A DNA stretch of 56,234 bases, counting the filler, from Sphacelaria rigidula (Eukaryota): the NCBI GenBank assembly GCA_964200075.2. It is 5 parts of 5 records of this genome, joined end to end, with 100 filler letters (N's around TTAATTAATTAA, not from the genome) between each part and the next. Parts side by side here need not be neighbours in the genome. Positions count along the whole stretch, not along the records: positions 1 to 11,168 come from CAXNAA020005290.1; 4 more parts are not named here. One strand, 5' to 3'. Shown piece by piece: positions 1 to 11,268 of the stretch. Under the pieces are notes generated by a model, which saw nothing but the letters and a program-made list of their open reading frames with translations, ran no database searches and had not been told where the DNA came from. A program made the position numbers and the translations under genes. Each line of letters opens with the position of its first letter. The stretch's first letter is position 1.

Positions 1-89
1 CCTGCAATGGAGGGATGGGACTTCAACCTCATATTATGTTTCAACCCCAAAAATTAGGATCGGCTGTTTTGTGCCGATGTAATTGTTTT

Positions 90-245
90 TTCATGCCCTA
101 TTCATTGTCCATACCAAATTTCAGGGTCCAACTCTAAATATTGGCGGGAACATGGGCCTTTACAAACCGGGTCGGTAGAAAGTCGAAACAGTAGTTTGCA
201 GGCCACTCACCGGCCCGTGTTTGGTTTTCGTGTATTGGGATTTTG
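90..245. repeat. Dispersed repeat family B fragment (CATGCCCTA..CATCGTCCATACCAAATTT core)
   Basis: Matches 15660-15815 (reverse complement), 15935-16006 and partly 21295-21380. Confidence 0.6.
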
Positions 246-499
246 TGTGGGCGCTCTCTGAGGTATAATTGACAAACAAAAGTGGGTCAGGTTGATTTTT
301 TTCAATATTTTTCACTGGTTTAGGGCGTTCTACTATGAGTACGCCCAAACCTCTATGGAAACAAAAATGAAGGCCCCTTTTGTTTTTTTTATTCGGATCT
401 CTTTTATGGTTCTCCACACAAAAATTTATCGCTATCCGCTAAATGCATCGGTCGGGAGTTTCATAGAAATTCTAGTATTGGCGTCATCTCCGCTAGGTA

Positions 500-685
500 T
501 AGGAATTACTAGACATGGGATGTAGTCAACGAGAAAAAAACGGCCCAGAGGTTTGAGCAGATGGGCACCTTCCCCTTGATTAGACGATTAATACGATATG
601 TGGATCACGGCCCAACTCATCTATGTCGATGAGATATTGTTATAGGAGCTTAAATCCGTTTTTCGGCTGGCCCAGCTCGTATCAG
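500..685. repeat. Dispersed repeat family A fragment (probable non-autonomous DNA element)
   Basis: GGAATTACTAGACATGG...TTTGAGCAGATGGGCACCTTCCCCTT...GGCTGGCCCAGCTCGTA recurs at 22013-22183 and in reverse at 32710-32830. Confidence 0.7.
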
Positions 686-897
686 TTGTCAATAGCTGTC
701 ACTAAGTAGAGAAATGGAAGCATATGTCGAATATTTGGTGTGGATACGAAGATTTTAATTCTCCGGGTTTCTCATCCCCAATTGGTAAGATCCTGTGTTT
801 AGAAGGAAACTACCATAATCACCTTGCCGGCTGCCAGACTGTCAAGACGTGAAATCCGCTAGCATTCCTACTGTCTGTACGGAGATGTTGCTCCCTT

Positions 898-1190
898 CAC
901 GGGTGGCCACTGGGGTCTGTAACCTGGCCTTTTTTGGACCTCATCCACATTTGGTAAGGTCCGAGGATTAGTTGGACAACTGAAGAGCATTCGCACAGCA
1001 TGGACAGGTTCGAAACAAAACATGTTCTAGTCTACAGGGGAGTCACCCGCCTATAGACTAGGACATGTTTTGTTTCGATCCTGACCATGCTGTGCGAATA
1101 CTCCTCAGTTGTCTACCCAATCCGCGGACCTTACCAACGGTGGATAAGGTCCCAACATGGCCAGGTTACAGACCCCAGTGGCCACTCGTG
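898..1190. mobile_element. Fully palindromic foldback MITE with CACG termini (CMC/EnSpm-like)
   Basis: CACGGGTGGCCACTGGGGTCTGTAACCTGGCC at 898 pairs with GGCCAGGTTACAGACCCCAGTGGCCACTCGTG ending at 1190. Arms pair imperfectly up to a centre near 1044. TT flanks both sides. Confidence 0.75.
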
Positions 1191-1764
1191 TTGTCAGGTA
1201 CGTGAGAAAGGGTCTGCGGCAGAACGCAGTGGTCGCGTCAAGCAGCTGTACGCTGGGCGTCAAAATTCTCTCCCAAGACCTCGATTTGCAGGATGATACT
1301 AGGTAGGCAGCAGCAACTGCTGTGTGCTCAGGTGCCCCTTGGAGCAAGGTACGTTAGGTTTCTGTTTGACAAAGGCTTTCCCCCCAAACCGAAATCAGTA
1401 GGGGTTTTAGAGTGGGAAATTGTACCAAAAGAAATGTCGCGACCGGTTGGTCGATTTTATTACCCGGAGCAGAAAACAATTTCACTTCGTGAAATTGGAA
1501 TGATGCGTGTGCGCCGTCTCATTACGCTATTTTTGACTTGCTCACATCAACATTGGTGAACAGTTCGACCAGTGGTGCTGTAATGCGTGTTCAGACCGCG
1601 TGCTTTTAGGATTGCATCCAAGTCTGGAACACCCCGGGACCGACGTGTCGGGAGGACCGCTCGGACCTAATTACAGCAGAGAGACCGCGCCCCGAGCACA
1701 CCGGAGCCGCACCTCAATCGACCCAGGGGTAGCGAAGCCAGGCGGGGTGACTGGAGGGATACGA

Positions 1765-2062
1765 CGGCGAAGCAGTGTCCCCCGAATAAGAGGACAGCAA
1801 GGATTTCAGAACTACAAAAGTAGAACGTCAGACACCAGTGACTCGCGTCATTCCCGCAGGTGTATTGCAGTGTAGAAGACTTGGCTCCAGCGTATTTGAG
1901 GGATGCGTCAGCGCCCTCCGCATCATGACCGCACCGATGAACTGATGCTCGGTGCTTACAGGTAACCGTTGCGATAATGACTCCTAGACGAGTTACTGGT
2001 GTCTGAATTCCGACGCTTTGAAGTTCTTGCTCTCCTCGTTTTCGCGGCACACTGCTTCGCTG
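1765..2062. repeat. Diverged inverted repeat (old foldback element)
   Basis: GCGAAGCAGTGTCCCCGAATAAGAGGACAGCAAG...TCAGACACCAGTGACTCG (1767-1846) is the imperfect reverse complement of CGAGTTACTGGTGTCTGA...CTTGCTCTCCTCGTTTTCGCGGCACACTGCTTCGC (1989-2060). Confidence 0.6.
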
Positions 2063-2640
2063 TTGTGTCGCTGTCCTTGCGACATGTTTGTCTCGGGATG
2101 TTCAACCGCCGATACTGTCCTGAAAGTATGTTTCAAAACGCATTACGGGTGCCATCTGCTGCTGTTGTACCTTGCCGCTGCGGGCGCTTGCACTGGGCAC
2201 AAGTTCGGAAGCATCCTCGTGGCGGAAAGACGATAGTAGTACTGGCAGCACACTGGCTATTCTTTCTTCTTCTCTCGCTGCCATGCATGACGAGAACTGT
2301 ACAATTTCTGCGGCACAGCCCATCGAAGCGCCACCTGCCGAAGTCAGTGAAAAACCAGAGACCTCATGATAATCGAGCTTCAAAGATGAAAAGACAGGAT
2401 GCTTGAACAAAATCACTCAAGATATCCCTTTACAACGCAATAATAATCTACAGCATGATTCGGCAGCCTCCGCCTCCCCGAAGTATGTTCACAGTAAAAC
2501 AACTGTTGAATCTGAATTAGCTAAACGAATGTATATCGCAGAGATTTGTACGAATCACGACCCGCGCAAAGATACATGTCGAAATGATACCATGCCGAAC
2601 ATCAGCCGGGAAAAGAGCGTGCACGGATCCTCTCACCAAG

Positions 2641-4740
2641 CTATCTCCCTCGCAGGTGAGATGAGGCCGAAGGCACGCGACTAGAGGGAACAGACACGTC
2701 CAACTCCAATTTCATGTCGTTTCTCTTCTCTTCAGACATCACATCATCCCCTGGTGCCACATCAAATACCGGTTCCACCTGCACCGTCCTACGTAGCCGC
2801 TTCGTGTTCCTTCCACTTATGATGCTTCCGCAGCTCCGCTCTCTCGTGCTGCTAGAGCTGCCGTCACCCATGCTGTCCCAGCTGCTGGATTGCGCAGCGG
2901 CCAGTTTGCTGCCCGTTCTCACGCCCTTGGAAACAAGCGCAGGCGCAAGAGTCGCTTCCATTTCCATCTTCATGCCCGTCTCTGTCCCACCTAAAATGAC
3001 GCCATCTGCCGCCGCTACGCTTGCGGGCTGTCGAGAAGTAGCAGGCGGGGTGGTCGTAGAACTCGCGCCCCGTCGAATAGCGCGGATGGCACGCGAGATA
3101 TCAAGAGAATCAGTGGTGAGACCAGCACCGTTCATGCTGCGAACAGCACCTGGCGGATGATTTGTGTCTTCACCATTTCCATCGATGCTGCCCCCAGTCT
3201 TTCCCTCGGCCAACTCGTCATTTAGGCGCCTTCCTTCTTGGTCATGCCCCACTGCATCAAACGGCATAACTAGCTCATGTGCAGCATGATGGCGGGTTTC
3301 TCCGTGCTCCTGTGCACGGTTGGAATAGCGCTGCGAGGCGCATTCACTGCCGTTCACGGAGATCATCGCGGCGCGGGCGTGTATGGCGCAGAACCCCACC
3401 TTCCCGCCACCGGCAGCACCGAACGACGGGGTCTTGAAGCAGCCCGGCTTGCCGCACCGCTTGTTCTCTAGATTGACCATGCCCGCCCGGGTGTGTGTGG
3501 CGCAGAACTCCACCTTCCCGCCAGCGGCAGCACCGAAAGATGGTCCTTCGGAGCAACCCTGCTTGCCGCACCGCTTGCTTCTTACATTAACCACACCAGC
3601 CCGGGCGTGTGTGGCGCAGAACTCCGCCTTCCCGCCATCGGCAGCACCGAACGATGGCTGTTTGGAGCGGCCCTGCTTGCCGCACCGCTTGTTCTTTAAA
3701 TTGACCATGCCCGCCGGGGCGTGTGTGGCGCAGAACTCCGCCTTCCCGCCACCGGCAGCACCGAACGATGGTCCTTTGGAGCAACCCTGCTTGCCGCACC
3801 GCTTGCTCTTTAGATTGACCATGCCCGCCCGGGCGTGTGTGGCGCAGAACTCCGCCTTCCCGCCACCGGCAACACCGAACGATGGTTGCTTGGCGCAGCC
3901 CGGCTTGCCGCACCGCTTGCTTCTTGTATTGACCATGCCCGCCCGGGTGTGTCTGGCGCAGAACTCCACCTTCCCGCCAGCGGCAGCACCGAAAGATGGT
4001 CCTTCGGAGCAACCCTGCTTGCCGCACCGCTTGCTCTGTACATTCACCATGTCTGCCCGGGCGTGTGCGGCGCAGAACTCCGCCTTCCCGCCACCGGCAG
4101 CACCGAACGACGGGATCTTCAAGCAGCCCTGCTTGCCACACCGCTTGCTCTTCACGTTGATCATGCCCGCCCGGGTGTGTGCGGCGCAGAACTCCGCCTT
4201 CCCGTCACCGGCAGCACCGAACGATGGCTGTTTGGCGCAGCCCGGCTTGCCGCACCGCTTGCTTACTACATCGACCATACCCGCCCGGGCGTGTGTGGCG
4301 CAGAACTCCACTTTCCCGCCACCAGCAGCACCGAACGATGGTTGTTTGGAGCAGCCCAGCTTTCCGCACCGCTTGCTTCTTACATCAACCATACCAGCCC
4401 GGGCGTGTGTGACGCAGAGCTCCGCCTTCCCGCCACCGGCAGCACCGAATGATGCATGTTTTGAGCAACCCTGCTTGCCGCACCGCTTGCTTACTACGTT
4501 GACCATACCGACCCGGGCGTGTGTGGCGCAGAACTCCGCCTTTCCGCCACCAGCAGCACCGAATGATGGTCGTTTGGAGCAGCCCTGCTTGCCGCACCGC
4601 TTGTTCTTTAGATTGACCATGCCCGCCTGGGTGTGTGTGGCGCGGGATTCTGCTCTTCTTCTATCCGCTGCGCCATATGATGCCCTCGTGGTGCCCGTGC
4701 TGGGACAATCAACGGGCAGCCCCTTCGCGAGTGCAATCAA
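2641..4740 (-). CDS. EsV-1-7 cysteine-rich repeat protein (putative zinc-finger array / transcription regulator)
   Basis: 699-codon open frame with 11 full 38-aa repeats (KRCGKxGCxKxPSFGAAGGGKAEFCATHARAGMVNxxS) plus one degenerate N-terminal unit, then a ~230-aa low-complexity tail. The ORF-track start at 4740 is TTG. The first in-frame ATG is at 4620 and an in-frame stop lies at 4792-4794, so the true start may be 4620 or in an upstream exon. Confidence 0.88.
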   Translation of the reverse strand: MIALAKGLPVDCPSTGTTRASYGAADRRRAESRATHTQAGMVNLKNKRCGKQGCSKRPSFGAAGGGKAEFCATHARVGMVNVVSKRCGKQGCSKHASFGAAGGGKAELCVTHARAGMVDVRSKRCGKLGCSKQPSFGAAGGGKVEFCATHARAGMVDVVSKRCGKPGCAKQPSFGAAGDGKAEFCAAHTRAGMINVKSKRCGKQGCLKIPSFGAAGGGKAEFCAAHARADMVNVQSKRCGKQGCSEGPSFGAAAGGKVEFCARHTRAGMVNTRSKRCGKPGCAKQPSFGVAGGGKAEFCATHARAGMVNLKSKRCGKQGCSKGPSFGAAGGGKAEFCATHAPAGMVNLKNKRCGKQGRSKQPSFGAADGGKAEFCATHARAGVVNVRSKRCGKQGCSEGPSFGAAAGGKVEFCATHTRAGMVNLENKRCGKPGCFKTPSFGAAGGGKVGFCAIHARAAMISVNGSECASQRYSNRAQEHGETRHHAAHELVMPFDAVGHDQEGRRLNDELAEGKTGGSIDGNGEDTNHPPGAVRSMNGAGLTTDSLDISRAIRAIRRGASSTTTPPATSRQPASVAAADGVILGGTETGMKMEMEATLAPALVSKGVRTGSKLAAAQSSSWDSMGDGSSSSTRERSCGSIISGRNTKRLRRTVQVEPVFDVAPGDDVMSEEKRNDMKLELDVSVPSSRVPSASSHLRGR
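3349..4602 (-). repeat. Coding minisatellite: 11 x 114-bp tandem units
   Basis: GCTTGCCGCACCGCTTG and GGCGCAGAACTCC motifs recur with 114-bp periodicity. A degenerate 12th unit extends to ~4710. Confidence 0.92.
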
Positions 4741-5749
4741 AAAGGACTCAACGTCGCGGGGGTCTCGTTGCTCGTGCCTTAACCCGCACCCTCACACACC
4801 GCGCAAGAGAGAGCCAGCTCACTGATGCAGCAGCAGCCTGCACACACCAACCAGCAAAGTCAACAACACATTGCGCAAAAGGAGAACGTGGATTATGACC
4901 ATGACTGCTTGACATGGTATGTGAGGGGGTACCAATCAGTGCTAGGAATGAAAACTTTGTGTGTGCATGTGTGAACATCATCTGTCTTGAAGTATCGAAA
5001 CCCTAGTGAGGAAATAGTGCCTTGGAGCAGGTCTTTGATCTAGTTGTGAGTTCAGATTGGTCTGAAATATACGTTTACAGGGAACTCACGTGTCTGGGTG
5101 AGTTTTGTTCCCAGCTGCGATGCCCCGTACAGTTGTACAAGAAGTACCGTCTGTACAAAGCGATGACGCTCGCCAAAGAACATAGGGATGAACATAGGGA
5201 CGGATAAATTTGCTGGAAAGCGCTGCGTGAGAGGTAGTTTGGAAGGATAACAACGCGCATGATTCGTGGCGGGAGCGAGCGAGTTGATGAAGTGAAGGGT
5301 AATCTCCCATGAGTTGACCGTAAGAGGATCGCTGAAGCCACCAGAACACCGGCGTTTTTTCAGGGGCGGTGCATTGCGCCGCTTTCTCTAAAAACATGAG
5401 GGATATAAGGAAGCTTTTACAGGCAAGCAGCGAGGGTTGGACAGTCAAGGCTGTCTTGTTGACCGTAACTGAGTTGGCGCCAATGCACATTCAAGCATGT
5501 CTGTCCTGGACATTATGACGGAACGGGTGTGAACGATGATCAACTTGGGCAGGCGATTGGCAGACATGCAAAGTGTTGGCCATACAGCGATAGTCCCTTC
5601 GATCGCTGCAGATAGCGTGGAGAGGGCGCTGGTTGCACGAACCGAGTCGACGGCCATTGACAAGATCGAGGGGCGGCGGTGTGCCCTCAAAGAATACGTC
5701 GGCGAAAACGCGAGTGCGTAGCAGACGTTCCGCGAGTATCGTACGTTCA

Positions 5750-7480
5750 AAGCAGGGCGCGGACTAATAAGCAAACACGCGAGCCAGACTCACCAGTACG
5801 ACCCCACCAGCGTTCAAAACCAACGATACTGGATCCTGTGCTGGTCCACGATGCGGCTCGTGGAGCAGCACAAGCGTGGAAGGCGGTGAAAGAGGCTAAT
5901 AGGCAGCGCCCTCACCAGCCACAGCTGAAGCACATGAGCGGCAGCGGTACATCGGGGCAATAACACAACCGTCGGGTGGTAGAGAGGAGGTTCCCCGAAA
6001 TGGGACTGCCTCCTCCGGCGAATCTCGGAAACCAAGCTCTGCGGGTTGTTTTGAATGTTGCGATGAAGACTATTTCTGGAGGAATGGCAACAGGCTACGC
6101 AAACCTGCTGCTCCAGGGGATACCGCAGGTGGGCAGACGAAGGCCGGCGACACGCAGCAGCAACTGCAGCATCAGTGACAGGGTGCGGGACAGGTACCTC
6201 GCTTGGGGGGCAAGGGTCCCGCCCCTGCATGGGCTGTGTTTCCAGGAGATGCAAGGGGTGCTCCCAGTTCCCGACTGATGAGTGATTACCGTGCGGCAAA
6301 CAAGCATATTGAAAAGACCCCGCGTGTGATGCGGTAATACGATGCGGAGATGGTCGATTTGCGGGGGGCTGCTTGTTTTGGCACGCTTGATATGCTGCAA
6401 GGGTACTGGCAGGCGCCGTCAGCGGCCGATGATCAAGACATTACTCACCACTGCGACCTCTGACGACCTGTTTACGCCTTTGTAGGTACCACAAAGCATA
6501 CTCAGTACTACGGGGTACTTCCAGGGCACCATGACGGAACTTTTGACTGGAATACACTGCAAGTTGTGGGTAGATGACGTCTTGCGGTGGCAGGCCCATG
6601 AAGATAACTTGTTGTGCACGTTGGACGTGATTTGGGGTCGCCTGGAGAACGCTGGTCTTCTTGCGGCTGTATAAAAGTATATGTTTTATGATGCGCAAAT
6701 CACGTGGTGTGGCAAGGTGCTCTCGGGTGGGCAAGTGGATCACGACCGTGAGAAGCTGAGAGGCTTGGCAATTATGAGGCGTCCTCGAACTGCGGGCGAG
6801 CTGATGCAGTTCATGCAGGCCGTGAACGGGCTGCGGAAACCTCTGCCTCGCCTGGCGGAGTTGGTGGAGCCACTTCGTGTCCTGCTAGAGGAGTACATAC
6901 GGGCAACGTGCACCGTACTGAGCGGGTTACTTCAAACAGGACGGTCGAAGACTGGCCGGGGCGTTTGTGCGTGCGCAAGCGTGGACAGAGGCCCAAGATT
7001 TGGCGACACATCCTCTTGATTTGTCTCATCCTGAGAAGGGATACGAGATGTTGATGTTTTCCGACGCGTCGGACCTTCGTTGTGGTGGTTTAGTGACCAT
7101 CGTGCCGAGAGATGAGATGGGCCGCGAACCGCGACGTCGCCGGTGGGAGACAGTAATCACGAACCGCTAGCAGTTTTGGGCGGGATGTTTTGTGGAGCGC
7201 AGCTGCGGTAGGCCAAGGTGGGCAACGACGGGTATGCCATCGTGGGTATATTTCGTAGGTTGGAGTATTTTTTGTGGAGCGGAGTGACCATTTTTACGAA
7301 CTATCGCAATCTCACCTTTCTTTTCGATCCTGAAGCGTGTGTGGCATCAGTGGCGAAGACTACTGTCCAGCACCTCAAGTAATAGAAGATATTGCTCGAA
7401 GAGTACGAATTTTCAGTCAGATATAATGCTGGTATCCGTGCGAGCCATCACTGCTTTCGCGAGCGGGGAGCTTGAGAAAA
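5750..7480 (+). pseudogene. Degenerate Ty3/Gypsy pol (RT and RNase H remnant), family 1
   Basis: Frameshifted motifs: RLMSDYRAANK (~6270), LDMLQGYWQ (~6386), LFTPL*VPQ (~6468), LWVDDV (~6565) and RNase H MLMFSDASD (~7048). The RT motifs match the 36493-41397 element. Boundaries approximate. Confidence 0.8.
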
Positions 7481-8674
7481 CGCCACCGTCGAAGGAGGCC
7501 GCCCATGGAGACCAGGAGGAAGCTCATGCGAGGTTTGGGCTTTTGGTTGATGGAGCCATGTCGTTCACCGCAGCTGTTGGACGTGCTTCGAGAGACGGTG
7601 AGGGTTAGTTTCGCTTGTATTTTGAAGGAAGGGATGCGCCATGGATTTTGTCGCAAGCGAAAAAGTTACGAACACGCTTGATGGCCTGCTCTCACATGAT
7701 AGAGGCTGGTTTGCAAGGTGTTACGGCAGCTTTAGAGTAGTTGCAGGACCAGTGTTGCTGGTTCCGGATGGAGATCCATAAGATTGACTTTGTGAAGAAG
7801 TGCCTGCAACGTTGGAATTCCAAGGCGGGGGAGAAGATCGCGCGTCCCCTTGAGGAGACGGTCGACAGTAATCGCCCAAAGGAGGTAGGTCATTTTTGAC
7901 AGATTGCTCTGCTTTGCATCGCGCTTCCAATTTTCTTTTTTCTCTTCTTTTATTCTGATGGGAAAGCAGTATAATGGCAAATCATGCGTCGTTCTAATCT
8001 AGCAAGCTAGCGTGAGAAACAAGTGATACCTACACGGTAAAACAGCACGCGAACAGACCTGCAACTTCAAGGAGGGCGGCAGTCACGCGCAAGGGGGTAT
8101 GGGTATTGTCGCAGGTCAAAACGCCGACCGCCTTCCGCACGAGGAGGAGAAGAAGCAATTAAGGGTAAAACAATTGATATGTACTGTTATATTCGTACTG
8201 AAAATGTCATGTAAGGCAGCGTCCAGTACAGGGGAAACCAATTGATACGTACTGTACCTCGTACTGAACAAGCTATGTGGGTAACAACACGCAAACAGGT
8301 CACAGTCGATTAATACACACAAGATCTAGAGAATTGGGTTTCATATTTCCCTGGTGTCGCGTCAGCGGCGAAACCCCCCCCCCCCCTTCCCCAGGACGCA
8401 AAACATCTCACTTTTGTATGTTTGGGTTCGTTGCGGCTCACTATCATGCTCAAATGAAAAGGTAAAATGAGATAACCTAGCTTAGGTGTGTGGGAAGCGC
8501 ACGCAAGAAACCGCAGTCCAATCCTCTGCGTCGTCACCGAGTTGTACGCGTTGCGCGATCGGCACTTTTGGGTTGAAGGTTAGTAGCGCTATTTTAATAA
8601 TTTAAGGGGATGATGGGTACGCATGCAGTACAGTACAGCTCGTGCGTATATTCTTTGGGTGTAAAACTGTGTGT

Positions 8675-8704
8675 GTATGTATGTATGTATGTATGTATGT
8701 ATGT
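8675..8704. repeat. (GTAT)n microsatellite
   Basis: About 7 perfect GTAT units after a short GT run. Confidence 0.9.
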
Positions 8705-10719
8705 TATGTCGAGGTCCAATATTGCAAATTCAAAAAATCGGTGCGCATATTTTCCCCTCATGCCACAAGCAAGTTGTCACGACATGCACTTAAGTTGCGT
8801 GCCGGCAGGCACTGCTGCTTATAGCTCACGAAAGGCAATGCCGCCTTTCAACAGTGAGTATCCCTTCAAGTGTCGAATTTTAGATGGGGAGTTCACCGAG
8901 GAAAGACAAAGCTGGCGGCTGCTTCGTGTCAGGGCTCCAGTGCAGAAGCCGAAGCGTCTAGAGCGATTGTAGTACGTGCACTGCCTTACATGTGCTGGCG
9001 ACAAGTTTTCGGTTGTTTTTGACACGCACGCGGCAGTCATTCGTCCAATACAGAACGGGTTTTCATCAAAAAAAGATTGCCGTGGGTACATTAGCAAGGC
9101 CTAGCAGTAACACTAATGCGCGTGAGTGGTGGGTGTCTGTCCGTGCTTTTTCAGGGCTTGGTATGTAGATGTTGGGTTGCCCTGTTGCGTGGTATCTTCA
9201 TCAATCCGAGACCTTGGACCTGCTTGGACTAACGGACACTTCCAGACCCGCCGCATTTCTCGACCTGCGCGCAGATCTGGGTTCGTGCCGCCACATGGAT
9301 AGCCTGTACAGCACACAGCCACAACTGTGTACAGACAGCGTGGTGTCTTTTACAACATCAGTGCAACGGCAGTATGATATGGCGGTATTCTCTATTATAA
9401 TAGCAGTGCAACAACAGTATGACATGGCGGTATTCTCGTGTTGCCAACATAGCTTCACACTGCAGTGTTGATGTAGAACACTAGGCAGAGACACCAGTAG
9501 CGTGCAGTAGACTGTGTTCAGTGCAGAACGATGCACGCTCACTGTTTCTTGCCGCTGAGTCCAGCGAACAAATACAACATACAAGAATCTGATACAAACT
9601 GACTTCGTCCGCACTTGAGTGCGGGTGGGTGTAAAGCGTGAGGTTTCTCCAGTAGTATTTTCTCTATATCTGCGGAGCATCCAGGTAAACTCTAGGTTAC
9701 AGACAGTAGGTCATAGTGTAATGTGTATTATCCGTGTCCTGTCCCAAACCAAATGCAGTATGATTCCTCCACAGGGCGATAAACACTTTGACCCCACCCC
9801 AATTATGTGCAGACCGAAACGCAGCATGCAGCAATACAACTGTTCAGGCACTCTCCAGCGCACCGTGATCATCGCAGAGTGCTTAGATGCACAACAGCAC
9901 AGCGACAACTACAGCACAGAAATGATGGGTGTGGGAAGCGCCTTGTTCGTTTGACTCCAGACAAAATAGCCAACACACCATGAAGGTGTCAACAGTGTCT
10001 ACAGAGCACTGCGTGCCGACCGCATTTTTTCGAAGCAAACGCCACGACAGTAATAAAGCAACCCAGGCAGTGGGCCCCAGCGGAGACCAAACCGTCTTCA
10101 TAACGGCCTAGAGATACCACAGCGCAGCGACAGGTACAGCACAAGAGACAGCGCATGAGTGTGTTTGTGCTGCGGTACAGTGATACAGGACATGTCCCAT
10201 GCGATAGTTCTTCCCCTGATTTCGGACGGGCTTGATTTTGGCCGAGTGGCTGTCTGCTGTGCGGTATCTGTATGTACAGTAGGTTCTAAAAATTTCAGTA
10301 ACACTGTAGGATTTCTGTGTTGTGTTCCGTGTAATGCTCTGTACTGCTATATTTACTGTGGGACTTCTCTATTATAACAATAGGGATTAAATTATGTGGG
10401 AGGGGTCACGTTTTGGGCAGGTTCTTGGAAAGTTCTGATTGGTTTTGGAAAAGTTCTGATTGGTTCTAAAAGTATATTCTAAAAGAAACGAAGCACTTTT
10501 TTGTTACAGGAATCCAATGCCAAAATCTGGAATGGCCTGAGACAACAACCAATTTGAAAATTCTTCCGTGAGCATACCATAACACAGTTTGCTCTTGTAA
10601 CTTGTTCGATTCTTCCTCGTTCTCTTCCATCTTATCTTTTTTTGTTTTCAACCTTTGGGGTGATTTTCAATCGTCTCTATTTTGGCACCGTGTACCTTAT
10701 CGAGAAAACCGAATTGGAA

Positions 10720-10920
10720 TTCCACCACGTTGGTGAGTGTGGTCCTCTGCGAGAGAGTGGATAGGACGACAAAGGAGACGGCTTCAGGTCTGTCTCGGTG
10801 AGGATGGACGATCTAAGCAACTTCGTGTGATCGGAGCCTGCGGAGTCATGTGCACCAGCGACGACGGTGAAGCTCTATTGACGTGGTGAAAGACACCGGG
10901 GCCGGTGGAGATATGGGTTA
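10720..10920 (+). pseudogene. Gypsy integrase fragment, family 1
   Basis: Translates as DGFRSVSVRMDDLSNFV*SEPAESC, matching DGFRSVLVIMDDLSNFV*LEPTEAC at 39960-40035. Confidence 0.75.
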
Positions 10921-11168
10921 TGTGATGAAGCTCAGAGGCGTTGCAAGATATACTCTGTGCGGGTCTGCTCGTAGACCCTGGATTCCGTGACGCGTTGTTA
11001 CCGCGTTTGCTACTGTCATAAGTTAGGGTTGTTTAGCCGCGGCCGCACGCAGCGGCCCCCCTTCTTGATCAGTTGCTGCCCTTGCCGTGGTCTACCCTGG
11101 GCCATCACTACGCTCTGCTTCTATGGCTGCCCCGCGGCTGTACTGAGGAAGAGCGCTGCTTGTAGATA

Positions 11169-11268
11169 NNNNNNNNNNNNNNNNNNNNNNNNNNNNNNNN
11201 NNNNNNNNNNNNTTAATTAATTAANNNNNNNNNNNNNNNNNNNNNNNNNNNNNNNNNNNNNNNNNNNN
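11169..11268. other. Artificial contig spacer N44-TTAATTAATTAA-N44
   Basis: Six-frame stop linker, identical to the three other spacers. Confidence 0.95.

Noticed and set aside
3349-4602. Possible CRISPR-like array
   Set aside because: Units are contiguous, codon-phased repeats with no unique spacers and no cas genes, in eukaryotic context.
3383-4825. 480-aa plus-strand ORF and other frames over the 114-bp array
   Set aside because: Antisense shadow of the GC-rich EsV-1-7 repeat. The Cys/His pattern is on the minus strand.
2641-7480. Endogenous phaeovirus segment around the EsV-1-7 gene
   Set aside because: No capsid, polymerase or other NCLDV genes on this contig. The neighbours are transposon debris, and EsV-1-7 genes are common host genes.
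7719-8110. Possible LTR starting TGTTACGG after the Gypsy remnant (also TGTGATG at 10921)
   Set aside because: No second copy in the window to confirm it.
9359-9438. ~44-bp-period local duplication (CAGTGCAAC..CAGTATGA.ATGGCGGTATTCTC)
   Set aside because: Two copies only; ordinary slippage in non-coding DNA.
11213-11224. TTAATTAATTAA palindrome repeated four times at ~11.27-kb spacing
   Set aside because: Assembly linker embedded in Ns, not biological periodicity.
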